From Deltaproteobacteria bacterium (lineage in GTDB: Bacteria; Myxococcota_A; Polyangia; Polyangiales; Houyiibacteriaceae): DNA of 59,341 nt. Shown here one piece after another: positions 1 to 9,218 of the stretch. Where the stretch lies: contig JAXMNT010000046.1 of NCBI GenBank assembly GCA_034670305.1, positions 1 through 59,341 on the forward strand, read 5' to 3'. Under the pieces are notes generated by a model. That model saw only the letters and a program-made list of their open reading frames with translations, ran no database searches and was not told the origin of the DNA. Position numbers and translations under genes: made by a program. Position 1 is the first letter of the stretch, and each line of letters begins with the position of its first letter.

Positions 1-64
1 CGTCCGCTGGGCATCGCGCTCCGATTCGCGCCTCGCCGTCGCGAAACACACGGCGTCCACGACG

Positions 65-98
65 CGGGCAAGGGCACGGGCAAGGGCAACGGCAAGGG
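65..98. repeat. short imperfect hexamer array (MGGGCA) x~5
   Basis: cgggca agggca cgggca agggca acggca aggg; the CGGGCA unit recurs at 32832-32865. Confidence 0.7.
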
Positions 99-197
99 AG
101 CAGGTCGCTTTTCAGCAACCTGCTAGAGCACATCCTGCGGCGGGCGGTCTGAGTCGATGCCCATCGCGACGCACCACGCGGAGGCCCGGTCCGGCTG

Positions 198-1484
198 TCA
201 CGCTGGCTTGCGTCGGGCGCGGACCGAAGCGGGGCGCTCTTTCGTCTCCACCCAGCCGGGCTTCTGACTCGGGAACAACGTAGAGGACCCAGGCAGTTCG
301 TAGCGGTAGTGCACGTCGGGCTTCAACTCGGCTCCGATCGTCTCTTCCATCCATGAGCCGTCGGGCAGCTCGACCCGCACCCGTCCACCCGCGCCCGCCG
401 CGACGTGGCCGAAGACGCCCGCTTGCGCGACGCCGCGTTTGCCGACGACCGCCACGCCCTCGCGCCCCGCGGTGGCCTGCCCCATGGGACCGGCCGTCGC
501 GACGCCCTCGTCCCCGACAACAGAGACGCCTTTCATGCCGCTCGTCGCGCTCCCCTTGAGTCCCGCGGTCGACCGGCCTCGGTGGCCGCTCACCGCGGTC
601 CCGTGGTCTCCAGCTTCCGCCACGCCATCGCGCCCCACCGTCGCCGTTCCGTGCAGCCCCACCACGACCGTCTCTCCGTCGCCGCCGGTCTTGACCATGT
701 GGGGCGCCAGCGCGTCTTCCGCGGGTGCGCCGGGCAGTCCGCGCACGAACGCGCAGACCTCCTCGTGGCTGCCGACCATCTCCACCCACCCGCCTTGCAC
801 CGTGACCGGACCGCGCGAACTCGACAGCTGCTTCTTCGGAACCGCGAGCGCAGCCCAAGTCGAGCGGCCCGTGGGCGGTGCGCCCATCTGCAACGCCCAT
901 ACATATCCGAGGGTCCCCGTCCGCACGAACGACCCCACCGGCATGAGCCGGGATCCGACCGAGCACACCAGGTAGGCCAGCGCTTCGTCGTCTGGCCGCG
1001 TCGGAGCCTCGCTTGGCGGGACGAACGCCGGCGCGTCGGCGAAGCACGCCACGCTCACGCCCGGCTTCAGCAGCGCGGCCCACGCGTGCGGTGCCGAGTC
1101 GGCGATGCGAAGCCGCGCCGTCGCCCGCGTGACCGCTGTGCCCTCGGCCGAATCCACCCCGTGTTCCGCCGACCACAGATGCGTCGTCGCGTCGTGCATC
1201 GACCAGGACGCCACCCAACCCTCGAGCACCGAAGGCACCGCCTGGTAGGAGACCTCCGCCGCGGCCTGCAGCTCCATCAAGACGCGCGCGAGCGTGTCGT
1301 CTTCCAGCAGGCGGGTGCGATGGCTGCGATCGGCGAGCGCTTGGAGAAGCGCGCCGGCCGTCCACGCACCGTATTCGGGCGCCTCCGGAAGCGGCCGGTC
1401 GAGCGACCCCCACACGAACACATCGAGGTGGAGTTCTTGGCCTTGGACATCGGCCACGCGCATCACGAACAGAGGTTCCGCCAT
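198..1484 (-). CDS. hypothetical protein with C-terminal Gly/Ala/Thr-rich octapeptide repeats (beta-solenoid-like)
   Basis: 428-aa ORF; ~11 repeats of type (A/S)xAGxxG(V/T), followed by IGAELKPDVHYRY. Confidence 0.7.
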   Translation of the reverse strand: MAEPLFVMRVADVQGQELHLDVFVWGSLDRPLPEAPEYGAWTAGALLQALADRSHRTRLLEDDTLARVLMELQAAAEVSYQAVPSVLEGWVASWSMHDATTHLWSAEHGVDSAEGTAVTRATARLRIADSAPHAWAALLKPGVSVACFADAPAFVPPSEAPTRPDDEALAYLVCSVGSRLMPVGSFVRTGTLGYVWALQMGAPPTGRSTWAALAVPKKQLSSSRGPVTVQGGWVEMVGSHEEVCAFVRGLPGAPAEDALAPHMVKTGGDGETVVVGLHGTATVGRDGVAEAGDHGTAVSGHRGRSTAGLKGSATSGMKGVSVVGDEGVATAGPMGQATAGREGVAVVGKRGVAQAGVFGHVAAGAGGRVRVELPDGSWMEETIGAELKPDVHYRYELPGSSTLFPSQKPGWVETKERPASVRARRKPA

Positions 1485-1551
1485 GGCCGCTGGATGGCGT
1501 AGCCAACGCCGCGACGCAACCGACTTCGCTGGACCAGAGCTCGAGCGTGCT

Positions 1552-2169
1552 TCAGGTCGGGCGGCGCGCGATGAGATCGATCAACGCGGACTGGCCGACG
1601 TGACCGGTCCCTTCTTCGAGGACGCGTTCGTAGGACTGCAGCCGCAGCAGTTCCCAACCTGCGAACGCGTCGCGGAGGAGCTTCTCCGAGTAGAGCTGTT
1701 CGCGGATCGGCGGACCTCCGGTCCCGTGTTCGAGCTGCGCTTCGGTGTACCCGTGCAGCAGCACGAGGCCACCCGGCCGCACCGTCCGGCGCATGCCCTC
1801 GAACACCTGGGCGCGTGCCGCTGGCTCGAGGAACTGGATGAAGACGCCCACGATCGCGTCGAAGGCGGCGTCTGGGAACTGCCAATCCTGAATGTCGGCC
1901 TTGAGGTGCTCGACGACGACGCCTCTCGACTTCGCGAGCTGGCGCGCCTTCTCGAGGCCGTGGTCGGAGAGGTCCGTGGCGACCACCGAATGCCCCAGGC
2001 CGGCGAGGAACGCGGAGTTGCGTCCTTCCCCGTCCGCCGGCACGAGGATGCGCGAACCCGGCTCGAGTCGAAGGGCTTGTTCTTGAAGGAAGGCCGTGGC
2101 CTCCGTCCCATACACGAACTGCTCGGTGTCGAACCGCGCGTCCCAGAAGTCTGCTCCGAAGCGCGTCAT
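1552..2169 (-). CDS. class I SAM-dependent methyltransferase
   Basis: FWDARF N-terminus, motif I LVPADGEGRNS, DLSDHGL, ADIQDW; ATG at 2169. Confidence 0.85.
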   Translation of the reverse strand: MTRFGADFWDARFDTEQFVYGTEATAFLQEQALRLEPGSRILVPADGEGRNSAFLAGLGHSVVATDLSDHGLEKARQLAKSRGVVVEHLKADIQDWQFPDAAFDAIVGVFIQFLEPAARAQVFEGMRRTVRPGGLVLLHGYTEAQLEHGTGGPPIREQLYSEKLLRDAFAGWELLRLQSYERVLEEGTGHVGQSALIDLIARRPT

Positions 2170-2418
2170 CGGATCGGCCTCTCGGCCCGGGCCGGCAGCC
2201 CACAGCTTCGGGAGGTACATCGAATCGCCCAGGGGCGTGCGTTCATCGGCATCTTGAGCTCCATCGCGCCGGGCGGAGATGCTGCCCGAGTCGGTCCAGA
2301 GTCGCGTGCGGCGTCCGCCCGTTACGCAAAGTGCTCGGCAAGGTTGAAGGTCCTCTGCGCTGGACCAGCCCACACGACCAGCGTTGACGGGGCTGCATCG
2401 GGCATCTATTCGTTGTTC

Positions 2419-3441
2419 ATGAAGTGGATGGAACGTCTGAGTGTCGCGCTTGTGGTGGTTTGCTCTGTGATCGGATGCGCGGACCCCGCTCCCGCCGAAT
2501 CAGGATGTGTAGAAGGCGAGGCCGAGGACCGATACGACACACCGATCTCCAGCGACTGTTCCCTCCATCTCTTGCGGAGGGAATGCAGCGGAGGTGTGCT
2601 GACGGGCGATGTTGCGTATCAGTTCACCACCTGTACGAGCGAGGCGACACCGTCGTTCTCTTCGGGATTTGAGGCCATCAGCGACTTTGACGGGCACTAC
2701 ATCGTTCCCCCGGATCACCGCGGCACGACGAGCCATGAGTTGTCGACCGAGCAGGTGCACTCTGGAACCTACGCTCACCGGGCTTGGATGTACGGTGTCA
2801 ACGAGGTGGTGCCGGGTGAGAACACCAACCATCGGGGATACCCGACGGTCCAGCTGTCGAGGAACGATGGGGCGCTGCTTGGCCGGGTGCTGGTGGAGTT
2901 CTGGGTGTGGCTCGACGTCGAGCTCAACTCGAGCCCCAACGAGGATTGGTTCAGCTTCGCGACGTTCACGGCCTACGACGACGACCACTGGCTGCGAACC
3001 TATTTGGTCAACCTCGACCCGGAGGGCTTCGTGCACCTGATGCATGTGCCCTCGCAGACGGTCCGGGTTCACGACATCTTTCAGACCGAGGATGTTCGGT
3101 TTCCGCAACGTGAGTGGGTGAAGCTCACGGTCTACGCGGACCACACCTCGGACAACGTCTATGAGAGTCCCTTCATCCGGGTGTGGCAGGACGATGTGCT
3201 GGTTTCGTCCGCTCGCTTTTCGCCGCGCCTGTCCGAGTTCGAGCGAATGGTCGGCCTCGACCGGGATTGTGTCCGCGAGGCAGAGGGCGAAGGCATCGCG
3301 GGTGTGGAAGCGAGCTGCGGGCTGCGGTACGCGGGCGATGGGTTGGCGCAGGCGCACTTCGGCATGTACGCGCCCCCGCTGCTCACAACGGGAACGGTCT
3401 ACAACGACGACCTGAGCATTTACCGAGTGCCCGATTCGTAG
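2419..3441 (+). CDS. secreted lipoprotein, probable beta-jelly-roll (polysaccharide lyase/ConA-like) domain
   Basis: signal peptide with lipobox VIGC; FPQREWVKLTV, IRVWQDDVLV, HFGMY, VYNDDLSI pattern. Confidence 0.6.
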   Translation: MKWMERLSVALVVVCSVIGCADPAPAESGCVEGEAEDRYDTPISSDCSLHLLRRECSGGVLTGDVAYQFTTCTSEATPSFSSGFEAISDFDGHYIVPPDHRGTTSHELSTEQVHSGTYAHRAWMYGVNEVVPGENTNHRGYPTVQLSRNDGALLGRVLVEFWVWLDVELNSSPNEDWFSFATFTAYDDDHWLRTYLVNLDPEGFVHLMHVPSQTVRVHDIFQTEDVRFPQREWVKLTVYADHTSDNVYESPFIRVWQDDVLVSSARFSPRLSEFERMVGLDRDCVREAEGEGIAGVEASCGLRYAGDGLAQAHFGMYAPPLLTTGTVYNDDLSIYRVPDS

Positions 3442-3581
3442 GCGTCCTCGGACTCACGTGATGTCCGCGGGAGCAGCTGCTTCAACATCGCGGCGTCGAT
3501 TGCTCCGCGGGCGCGCTTCTGGTCTTCTCGGCAGGTGCGCTCCCCCCATGCCATTCCGCGGCCTGCGAGAACCCGAGCGCC

Positions 3582-5084
3582 ATGAATCCTGACGTCGGCG
3601 CGGCTCTGAGAGCCGCCGAGCATGGAGACTGCAAGCGCGTCCGTGCACTCCTGAGCACATTGGGGCCGACGTCCGACGAGTTTCTCGCCGTGGCCGTGGT
3701 CGCGTACCTCGCGGGGATCTTGCCAGTTCGGCCGACCTTGAGCGATGCGCGGAGCGAGACGGCGCTGTGGATGGCGTGGCTGGCGATCGTCGAGCGCGAC
3801 GCGCCGCTGTTGCGCGCGGCGCTTGCGAAGGACGCCAGCGACGATGCGCTCAGGCGGCGGGCCTACGAGCACTGGCTGCTGGCGGAAGAAGGAGCGTTGA
3901 CCGCAGCCACGCAAGGCGCCTTGCGAGACCTTGAGTCAGAGGCGCGTCGCGCCGGTCGCGCGTCGCTGGTGTTGGAGCTGGCATGTTTGCAGACACTCGC
4001 CCTCATCGAGAGCGGAGCGATGGCGGAGGCTGTGGCGGTTGGTCGGCGAGCCTCTCGCATGGCCCGCACCGAGAAGCAGCCGCAACACCAGTACCTCGCG
4101 AACCTGGCCCTCGCGAGGGTCCGGCGCGTGAGCGGCTACCCCCACTTCGCGATCCGGATTCTGACATCCCTCGGCGCGGTGGTCTCGCCTCCATGGCTCG
4201 AGTGGGTCCACTCCGAGCTCGCGCTGTGCGGGGCGCCGGTGGTCGAAGGGGCGGAGGTCCCCGGGCGCGCTGCAATCTGGCGTCTTGCGATGCGGTCCGC
4301 CGCCGAAGGAGATCGAGAGGCGTTCGACGGAGCCATCGGTTCGTTGGCCCAGGACCCGGGCGCGCGGATGGTCCGAGAGGACGCGCGCGCCTTTCGCAGC
4401 ACCGTCGACCCGCAGTCCTCGCCCGACGCGTCGACCACCGAGTGGCGGGCCGGTGCGGTGGACGCGGTCCCCCATGGGCTCGTGGCGGTGGCGGATGCGC
4501 TGAGTCCCAAGCCCGCGACGAGCGCCTGCGTCGTGGTCGATCCGAGCGGCCGCGCCACCCGCATCTCGAGCCTTGGGTTGGCGCTGCTGCCCGACGTGCC
4601 GATCGAACAACCGACGGGATCCCGCGGGCGGGCGGCGTCCGGATTTCCCGTGCTCGGTGCGGCGGGCGGAGACGGCCTACGCGACACCGAACTCTTCGAA
4701 GCGGTGTTCGGGTTCCCCTTTGACAAGGTCCTCCACCAGAACTCGCTCAACCTCATGATTCACCGCATGCGCAAGCTGCTTGTCCCGTCGGCGACCATCG
4801 AACGCGACGGTGATCGTGTACAGCTTCATGCAGGTCAAACGCTGTGGATCGCGGACCCACGCTGCGACCGGCCGGTTGAGGACCAGCTGCTCCGGATCAT
4901 GGGCCGAAGCCGGGATGGTACGAGCGCGCGGAGTTTGGCGGGGGCGCTGGGGGTTCCGTTGCGGAGCGCACAGGCGCTGCTTGAGAAGCTCACCCACGAT
5001 GGAGAATGTCGGCGCGTCGGAGCTGGCCGAGACACAGTGTACCGGGTCGAGGACACCACCTTCTCAGAGCCTACCTTCTCGTGA
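3582..5084 (+). CDS. hypothetical regulator: TPR-like helical N-terminus and C-terminal winged-helix-like domains
   Basis: 500-aa ORF; LNLMIHRMRKLL (OmpR/trans_reg_C-like helix) and SARSLAGALGVPLRSAQALLEKL...VGAGRDTVY (wHTH). Confidence 0.6.
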   Translation: MNPDVGAALRAAEHGDCKRVRALLSTLGPTSDEFLAVAVVAYLAGILPVRPTLSDARSETALWMAWLAIVERDAPLLRAALAKDASDDALRRRAYEHWLLAEEGALTAATQGALRDLESEARRAGRASLVLELACLQTLALIESGAMAEAVAVGRRASRMARTEKQPQHQYLANLALARVRRVSGYPHFAIRILTSLGAVVSPPWLEWVHSELALCGAPVVEGAEVPGRAAIWRLAMRSAAEGDREAFDGAIGSLAQDPGARMVREDARAFRSTVDPQSSPDASTTEWRAGAVDAVPHGLVAVADALSPKPATSACVVVDPSGRATRISSLGLALLPDVPIEQPTGSRGRAASGFPVLGAAGGDGLRDTELFEAVFGFPFDKVLHQNSLNLMIHRMRKLLVPSATIERDGDRVQLHAGQTLWIADPRCDRPVEDQLLRIMGRSRDGTSARSLAGALGVPLRSAQALLEKLTHDGECRRVGAGRDTVYRVEDTTFSEPTFS

Positions 5085-5179
5085 AGCGGCTTCCGACGAC
5101 GTGCTCCGGGTCGTTCGCGCTTCTGCTGTAACCCGGCGCCGGTAGACACTGCCCTTCTGCCGCGGCACTCTGACTGTTC

Positions 5180-6634
5180 GTGGGCGAACAGACAGTCACC
5201 AAGGCTTTCGGAGCTGCCTCCACCCACGAGCCCAGTCGTCAGGCCAAGGGGCCAACCAAGTCTGCCGTCGGCTATCGGCCACTCTTCGCGTTGGCGGAGG
5301 GGGGCATGGGTCGGGTGGATCTGGCGCTCCGCGCCGAGGAAGGCTTCGAGCGCATCTACGCGATCAAGCGCCTCCAACCGCAGCTCCAAGAGCACGCCGA
5401 GTTCCGCCAGATGTTTCTCGAGGAGGCACGGCTCGCTGGCCTGCTCCGCCACGCCAACGTGGTGAGTGTGCTCGACGTCGGGGTGGACAAAGACGGGCCC
5501 TACCTGGTGATGGACTACTACGATGGGCTCACGCTCTCGCAGATTCTGCGGCACCACACGAGCACCCAAGAGCCGCTGCCCCTTCAACTCGCGCTCCGCC
5601 TCCTCCAACACGCGGCGCGCGGAATCCACGCGGCGCACGAGCTACGAACACCGGAGGGTCGACATCTTGGGCTGGTGCACCGGGATGTGTCTCCACAGAA
5701 CATCCTCGTCGGCTTCGACGGCGCAGTTCGCGTGATGGATTTCGGGATCGCGAAGGCGGCGGGGTTCGGGGAGCGCACCTCGACTGGCATCCTCAAGGGC
5801 AAGATCGGCTACATGGCGCCCGAGCAGCTGCGCTTCGAGCCGGCGACGCGGGCGTCTGACCTGTTCGCCCTCGGCATCATCCTCTTTCAGCTCGTTGCGC
5901 GGGGGCGGCACCCCTACCCAGGGAAGGGCATGGAGCGCGCGCGTCGCGTGCTCGCCAACGACCCGCAGCCCGACCTGGGCGAAGTGGTGCCCGAGTGCCC
6001 CGTGGAGGTCGTGCGTCTCTCGTTTGAGTTGCTTGCATCGGACCCCGACGCCCGCTTGCAGGACGCCAGCGAAGTGGCCAGCCGCCTGGAGCTGATTGTG
6101 GCGGACCTCGCCGGTCTCGAAGGTCCTCGCTCCATCGCGGAGTACATGCGCCGAGTGCACGGCAAGGTGCAGCTGGAGCGGCGCGAAGCGATCGAGGCCG
6201 CGGTTCGGGCGCTTCCTGTAGTTGAGGCTGCGCCCGTTGAAGATGCAGCCCTTGAGGTCGCAGCCCTTGAGGTCGCAGCACTTGAGGCCGCCGCACCGCA
6301 GCGTGCCCGTTGGAAAGGCGTCGCGTTGGCCGCGCTGGTCGGTCTCGCGGGGGTAGGGGCTGCGCTGGCGTACAGCGCGTCGACCTCGGCCGTGACCCCT
6401 GCGCCGGTGCGTACAGAGGCGCCTGAGCAGGACACGATCCCCGAGTCTGCGTCGCCTCCTGCGACGGAGCGGGAGGCCGCACCCGAAGACGCCCCGCTTG
6501 AAGGACCCTCGGAAGCGGCGACCACCCGTGGGGCGGACGAGCAGACCCCCGAGCGCGGCATGCGGCGTCCCCGCGTCCGAACCCAACCCCGACGCGGTGT
6601 GCCGGTGTGGGAATGGGACGAAGTCCAACGATGA
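5180..6634 (+). CDS. Hanks-type serine/threonine protein kinase, membrane anchored
   Basis: AEGGMGRV, AIK, HRDVSPQN, DFGIAK, GKIGYMAPE, SDLFALG; TM segment near residue 385. Confidence 0.95.
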   Translation: MGEQTVTKAFGAASTHEPSRQAKGPTKSAVGYRPLFALAEGGMGRVDLALRAEEGFERIYAIKRLQPQLQEHAEFRQMFLEEARLAGLLRHANVVSVLDVGVDKDGPYLVMDYYDGLTLSQILRHHTSTQEPLPLQLALRLLQHAARGIHAAHELRTPEGRHLGLVHRDVSPQNILVGFDGAVRVMDFGIAKAAGFGERTSTGILKGKIGYMAPEQLRFEPATRASDLFALGIILFQLVARGRHPYPGKGMERARRVLANDPQPDLGEVVPECPVEVVRLSFELLASDPDARLQDASEVASRLELIVADLAGLEGPRSIAEYMRRVHGKVQLERREAIEAAVRALPVVEAAPVEDAALEVAALEVAALEAAAPQRARWKGVALAALVGLAGVGAALAYSASTSAVTPAPVRTEAPEQDTIPESASPPATEREAAPEDAPLEGPSEAATTRGADEQTPERGMRRPRVRTQPRRGVPVWEWDEVQR

Positions 6635-7581
6635 AGGCCAGGGTTCGCCCCGCTTGGCTCGGCGTCCTGTGCGCGTGGCTGCTGCTCGCGGTGCCGGTTC
6701 ATGCGCAGCCGTCCCCCGACGCCCGCGAGGCGTTCGATCGCGGGCTGGCGGCGATCGAAGCCGGTCGCTTCGCCGACGCGGTCACCCTGTTGCGAGACTC
6801 GCTGGAGCTCAGCCCACGCGCCCCCACCGCGTTCAACCTTGGCGTCGCATTGCGCGGGGTGGGCGATGCGCTCGAGTCCCGCGCGATCTTCGACCGGCTC
6901 CTCGCGGGCGAGTTCGGCTCGTTGCCGCCGGGCAGCGGGTCGCAGGTGCGTTGGCTGCGGGCGGAGGTGGGCGCAGAGGTCTGCACGATCACCGTCTCGC
7001 TCAACCCGGTGCCAGGGCGCGTGGTGAGCCTGGACGGTGTCTCGATGGACGAGACAGAGGCCGGCACCTTCGAAGCAGAGTCGAACCCGGGCGCCCATGT
7101 CCTCCGGGTGAGCGCGCCCGAGCATCGCACCGAGGTCTCACGCCTCTCGCTGGAGTCGGGAGAGCATCGGCGCGTCGAGCTGCAGCTCACGCCAGAAGTC
7201 GACCGGCGCGACGGAACCCTCGTGCTCGACAGCGACGACCCGTCGGCGACGGTGGAGATCGTCGGTGTCGCGTCGGGCGCGCCTCCCTTGACGCGCTCAC
7301 TTGCGCCGGGCGCCTATCGGGTCCGCGTGCTCCTCGATCTCCTCCCGGTTCACGAGGGCACCGTCGATGTCCCTCCCGGGCGCCGGGTTCGCATCGTCCT
7401 CAATCCGCCGGCCGCGACCCGCGGGCGCCGCCCTTGGCTGTGGGCCGGGGTGGTCGTTGCGGTGGTCGCTGCGGCGTCGCTCCTCATCTGGGGGCTGACG
7501 CAGATCCAGACGGATCCGGTTCGGGATCCATTCTGGGGGAACATCCCGGTCGAGTGCGGCGGCACCGAGCGGTGCCCTTGA
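6631..7581 (+). CDS. TPR + PEGA domain membrane protein
   Basis: ATGA overlap with kinase stop; signal peptide, TPR-like helices (AFNLGVAL), two PEGA-like repeats (PGAHVLRVSAP, LAPGAYRVRV), C-terminal TM. Confidence 0.8.
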   Translation: MKARVRPAWLGVLCAWLLLAVPVHAQPSPDAREAFDRGLAAIEAGRFADAVTLLRDSLELSPRAPTAFNLGVALRGVGDALESRAIFDRLLAGEFGSLPPGSGSQVRWLRAEVGAEVCTITVSLNPVPGRVVSLDGVSMDETEAGTFEAESNPGAHVLRVSAPEHRTEVSRLSLESGEHRRVELQLTPEVDRRDGTLVLDSDDPSATVEIVGVASGAPPLTRSLAPGAYRVRVLLDLLPVHEGTVDVPPGRRVRIVLNPPAATRGRRPWLWAGVVVAVVAAASLLIWGLTQIQTDPVRDPFWGNIPVECGGTERCP

Positions 7582-7609
7582 GGCACGCTCGGCCGGCTCG
7601 CTCGTGAGG

Positions 7610-9103
7610 CTACGGACGGTAGACCCAAACCCGGCGCCCGCTGCGTTGCTGCAGCACGACGACGTCGAAGCGGGGGTCGTAGTAGCCAAAGGCGGCGGAG
7701 GTCTGCAGCTCGGGCCCGGTGAATCGGATCTCTTCCCAAGTCTCGGTCGCGACGTCGAACTCAAACAAGCTGCTCTGGCGCTGACTTGGTTTGAGCAGGA
7801 CAAAACGTCCTTTGGCGGACGCATACACGAGCATCCCTGAGGCGTCGCTGACCTGCACGCCCGGCGGGTTGGTCGCGCTCCATTCGTTGGTGTCGAAGCG
7901 GTAGAGGCGGGCGGTCGGCTCGCGGCTGACGAAGTCACCCTGGCCGACGTTCAAGATGGCGTTGTCGTCGGGCGAGTACTCGCCGAGGCCGTCGAGCTGC
8001 GGGAACGCACCTTCGGCGGCGAGCGTCTGGAGGTTCGCGCCATCGTTGGGCCGCATGTTGGTCCAGACGCCTGTGTCCGAGTCCCAGCGGAACATGCCGG
8101 TGACGCCATCCCGCCAGTGGGACTGCGCGTAGACAAACTCGGTGCCGCCGATGGCAACCATGGACAGGGCGGAGTTCGAGGTGACCGGCGGGGCCCCCAC
8201 CTGATCGCGGTACGGGAACCAGGTGCTGGTCTCCAGATCGAAGTAGAGCATGGCGGTGAGCCCCTCGCCGATCTCCGGCCGCTCGGGCAGATCCCAGGCC
8301 CATTGATGGACCTTCATCCCGTACTGACGACTCGCGAGCAGGGGCCAGACGAGCCGGTGGTTGACCGAGTCGTAGGCGAGCGTGTCCCAGCAGTGAGAGG
8401 GGTCGAGCGGTCCGTGGCCCGGGTCGTTGATCGAGAGGTAGCCCGCGTCGTGCAGCATCACGTTCTCGCGCCACCACACGCGGAACTCGTCGGTCATCGC
8501 GAGCTCTTCCGCAGTAAGGGTCTCCCCATCGATGAGCCGCTTGGCGTGCCCCCACTGGATACGTCGGTCGCGCATGTCTCCGCCGGTGGGGGCGTAGAGC
8601 GTCTGCCACGTGTTCGAGCCGAGGTGGAACTCCCACACATCGTTGAGGCGGTGCGGGCTTCCGTGGTTGGCGCCAGCGTACAGGGCGGTCTCGCGTTCGG
8701 GCGCATACGCCATCTGGTTGCTGAAGTCGCGGCCGCCCGGGCCGTAGGTGAACCACGGGCTGCTCTCGTAGCCTTCGGGCGCGTGCACGGTCGGGGACGG
8801 GAGGAACATCGCGTGGCCCGAGGGCAGCTCGTTGATCCGAGCGACGATCGCGGGGTCGTCGTCGGGGGATGGCGTCACCGGTGGGCGGGGCGGGGCTGCG
8901 TCGGCGGCTGCGTCGGCGGGCGTCGCGTCGGCGGGCGTCGCGTCGGCCAGCGTCGCGTCGGTTGCGGGGCTCGCGTCGGCCATGGTCTCGGCGTCCGAAC
9001 CCCCATCGATGGGTGGCGGGTCGACCGTGCCGAGTGCGGCGGGCGCGCACCCGGCGAGGCAAACAAGGGACAGTGCGGCGAAGAGGCGTGTGCTTTTGGA
9101 CAT
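7610..9103 (-). CDS. lipoprotein, Kelch-like beta-propeller
   Basis: MSKSTR...LAGC lipobox, DA-rich linker, NDVWEFHLGSNTW / YRFDTNEW / FDVATETW blades. Confidence 0.7.
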   Translation of the reverse strand: MSKSTRLFAALSLVCLAGCAPAALGTVDPPPIDGGSDAETMADASPATDATLADATPADATPADAAADAAPPRPPVTPSPDDDPAIVARINELPSGHAMFLPSPTVHAPEGYESSPWFTYGPGGRDFSNQMAYAPERETALYAGANHGSPHRLNDVWEFHLGSNTWQTLYAPTGGDMRDRRIQWGHAKRLIDGETLTAEELAMTDEFRVWWRENVMLHDAGYLSINDPGHGPLDPSHCWDTLAYDSVNHRLVWPLLASRQYGMKVHQWAWDLPERPEIGEGLTAMLYFDLETSTWFPYRDQVGAPPVTSNSALSMVAIGGTEFVYAQSHWRDGVTGMFRWDSDTGVWTNMRPNDGANLQTLAAEGAFPQLDGLGEYSPDDNAILNVGQGDFVSREPTARLYRFDTNEWSATNPPGVQVSDASGMLVYASAKGRFVLLKPSQRQSSLFEFDVATETWEEIRFTGPELQTSAAFGYYDPRFDVVVLQQRSGRRVWVYRP

Positions 9104-9218
9104 GGCGAGAGCGTGCGCCGCGCACCCGCTGCCCGCTGTTTCATCCGATGCGAGAAGCAGCGGCTTTCGCGCAGACAGTGAAACGGCCCGTCGAGTCCGA
9201 CCTGCGTAGGGTCTGCCC

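Noticed and set aside
6225-6292. In-frame coding repeats (AALEV here; ADATP near 8900; GPMGTDA near 28420; PMGAPP near 51520)
   Set aside because: Ordinary low-complexity linkers within proteins
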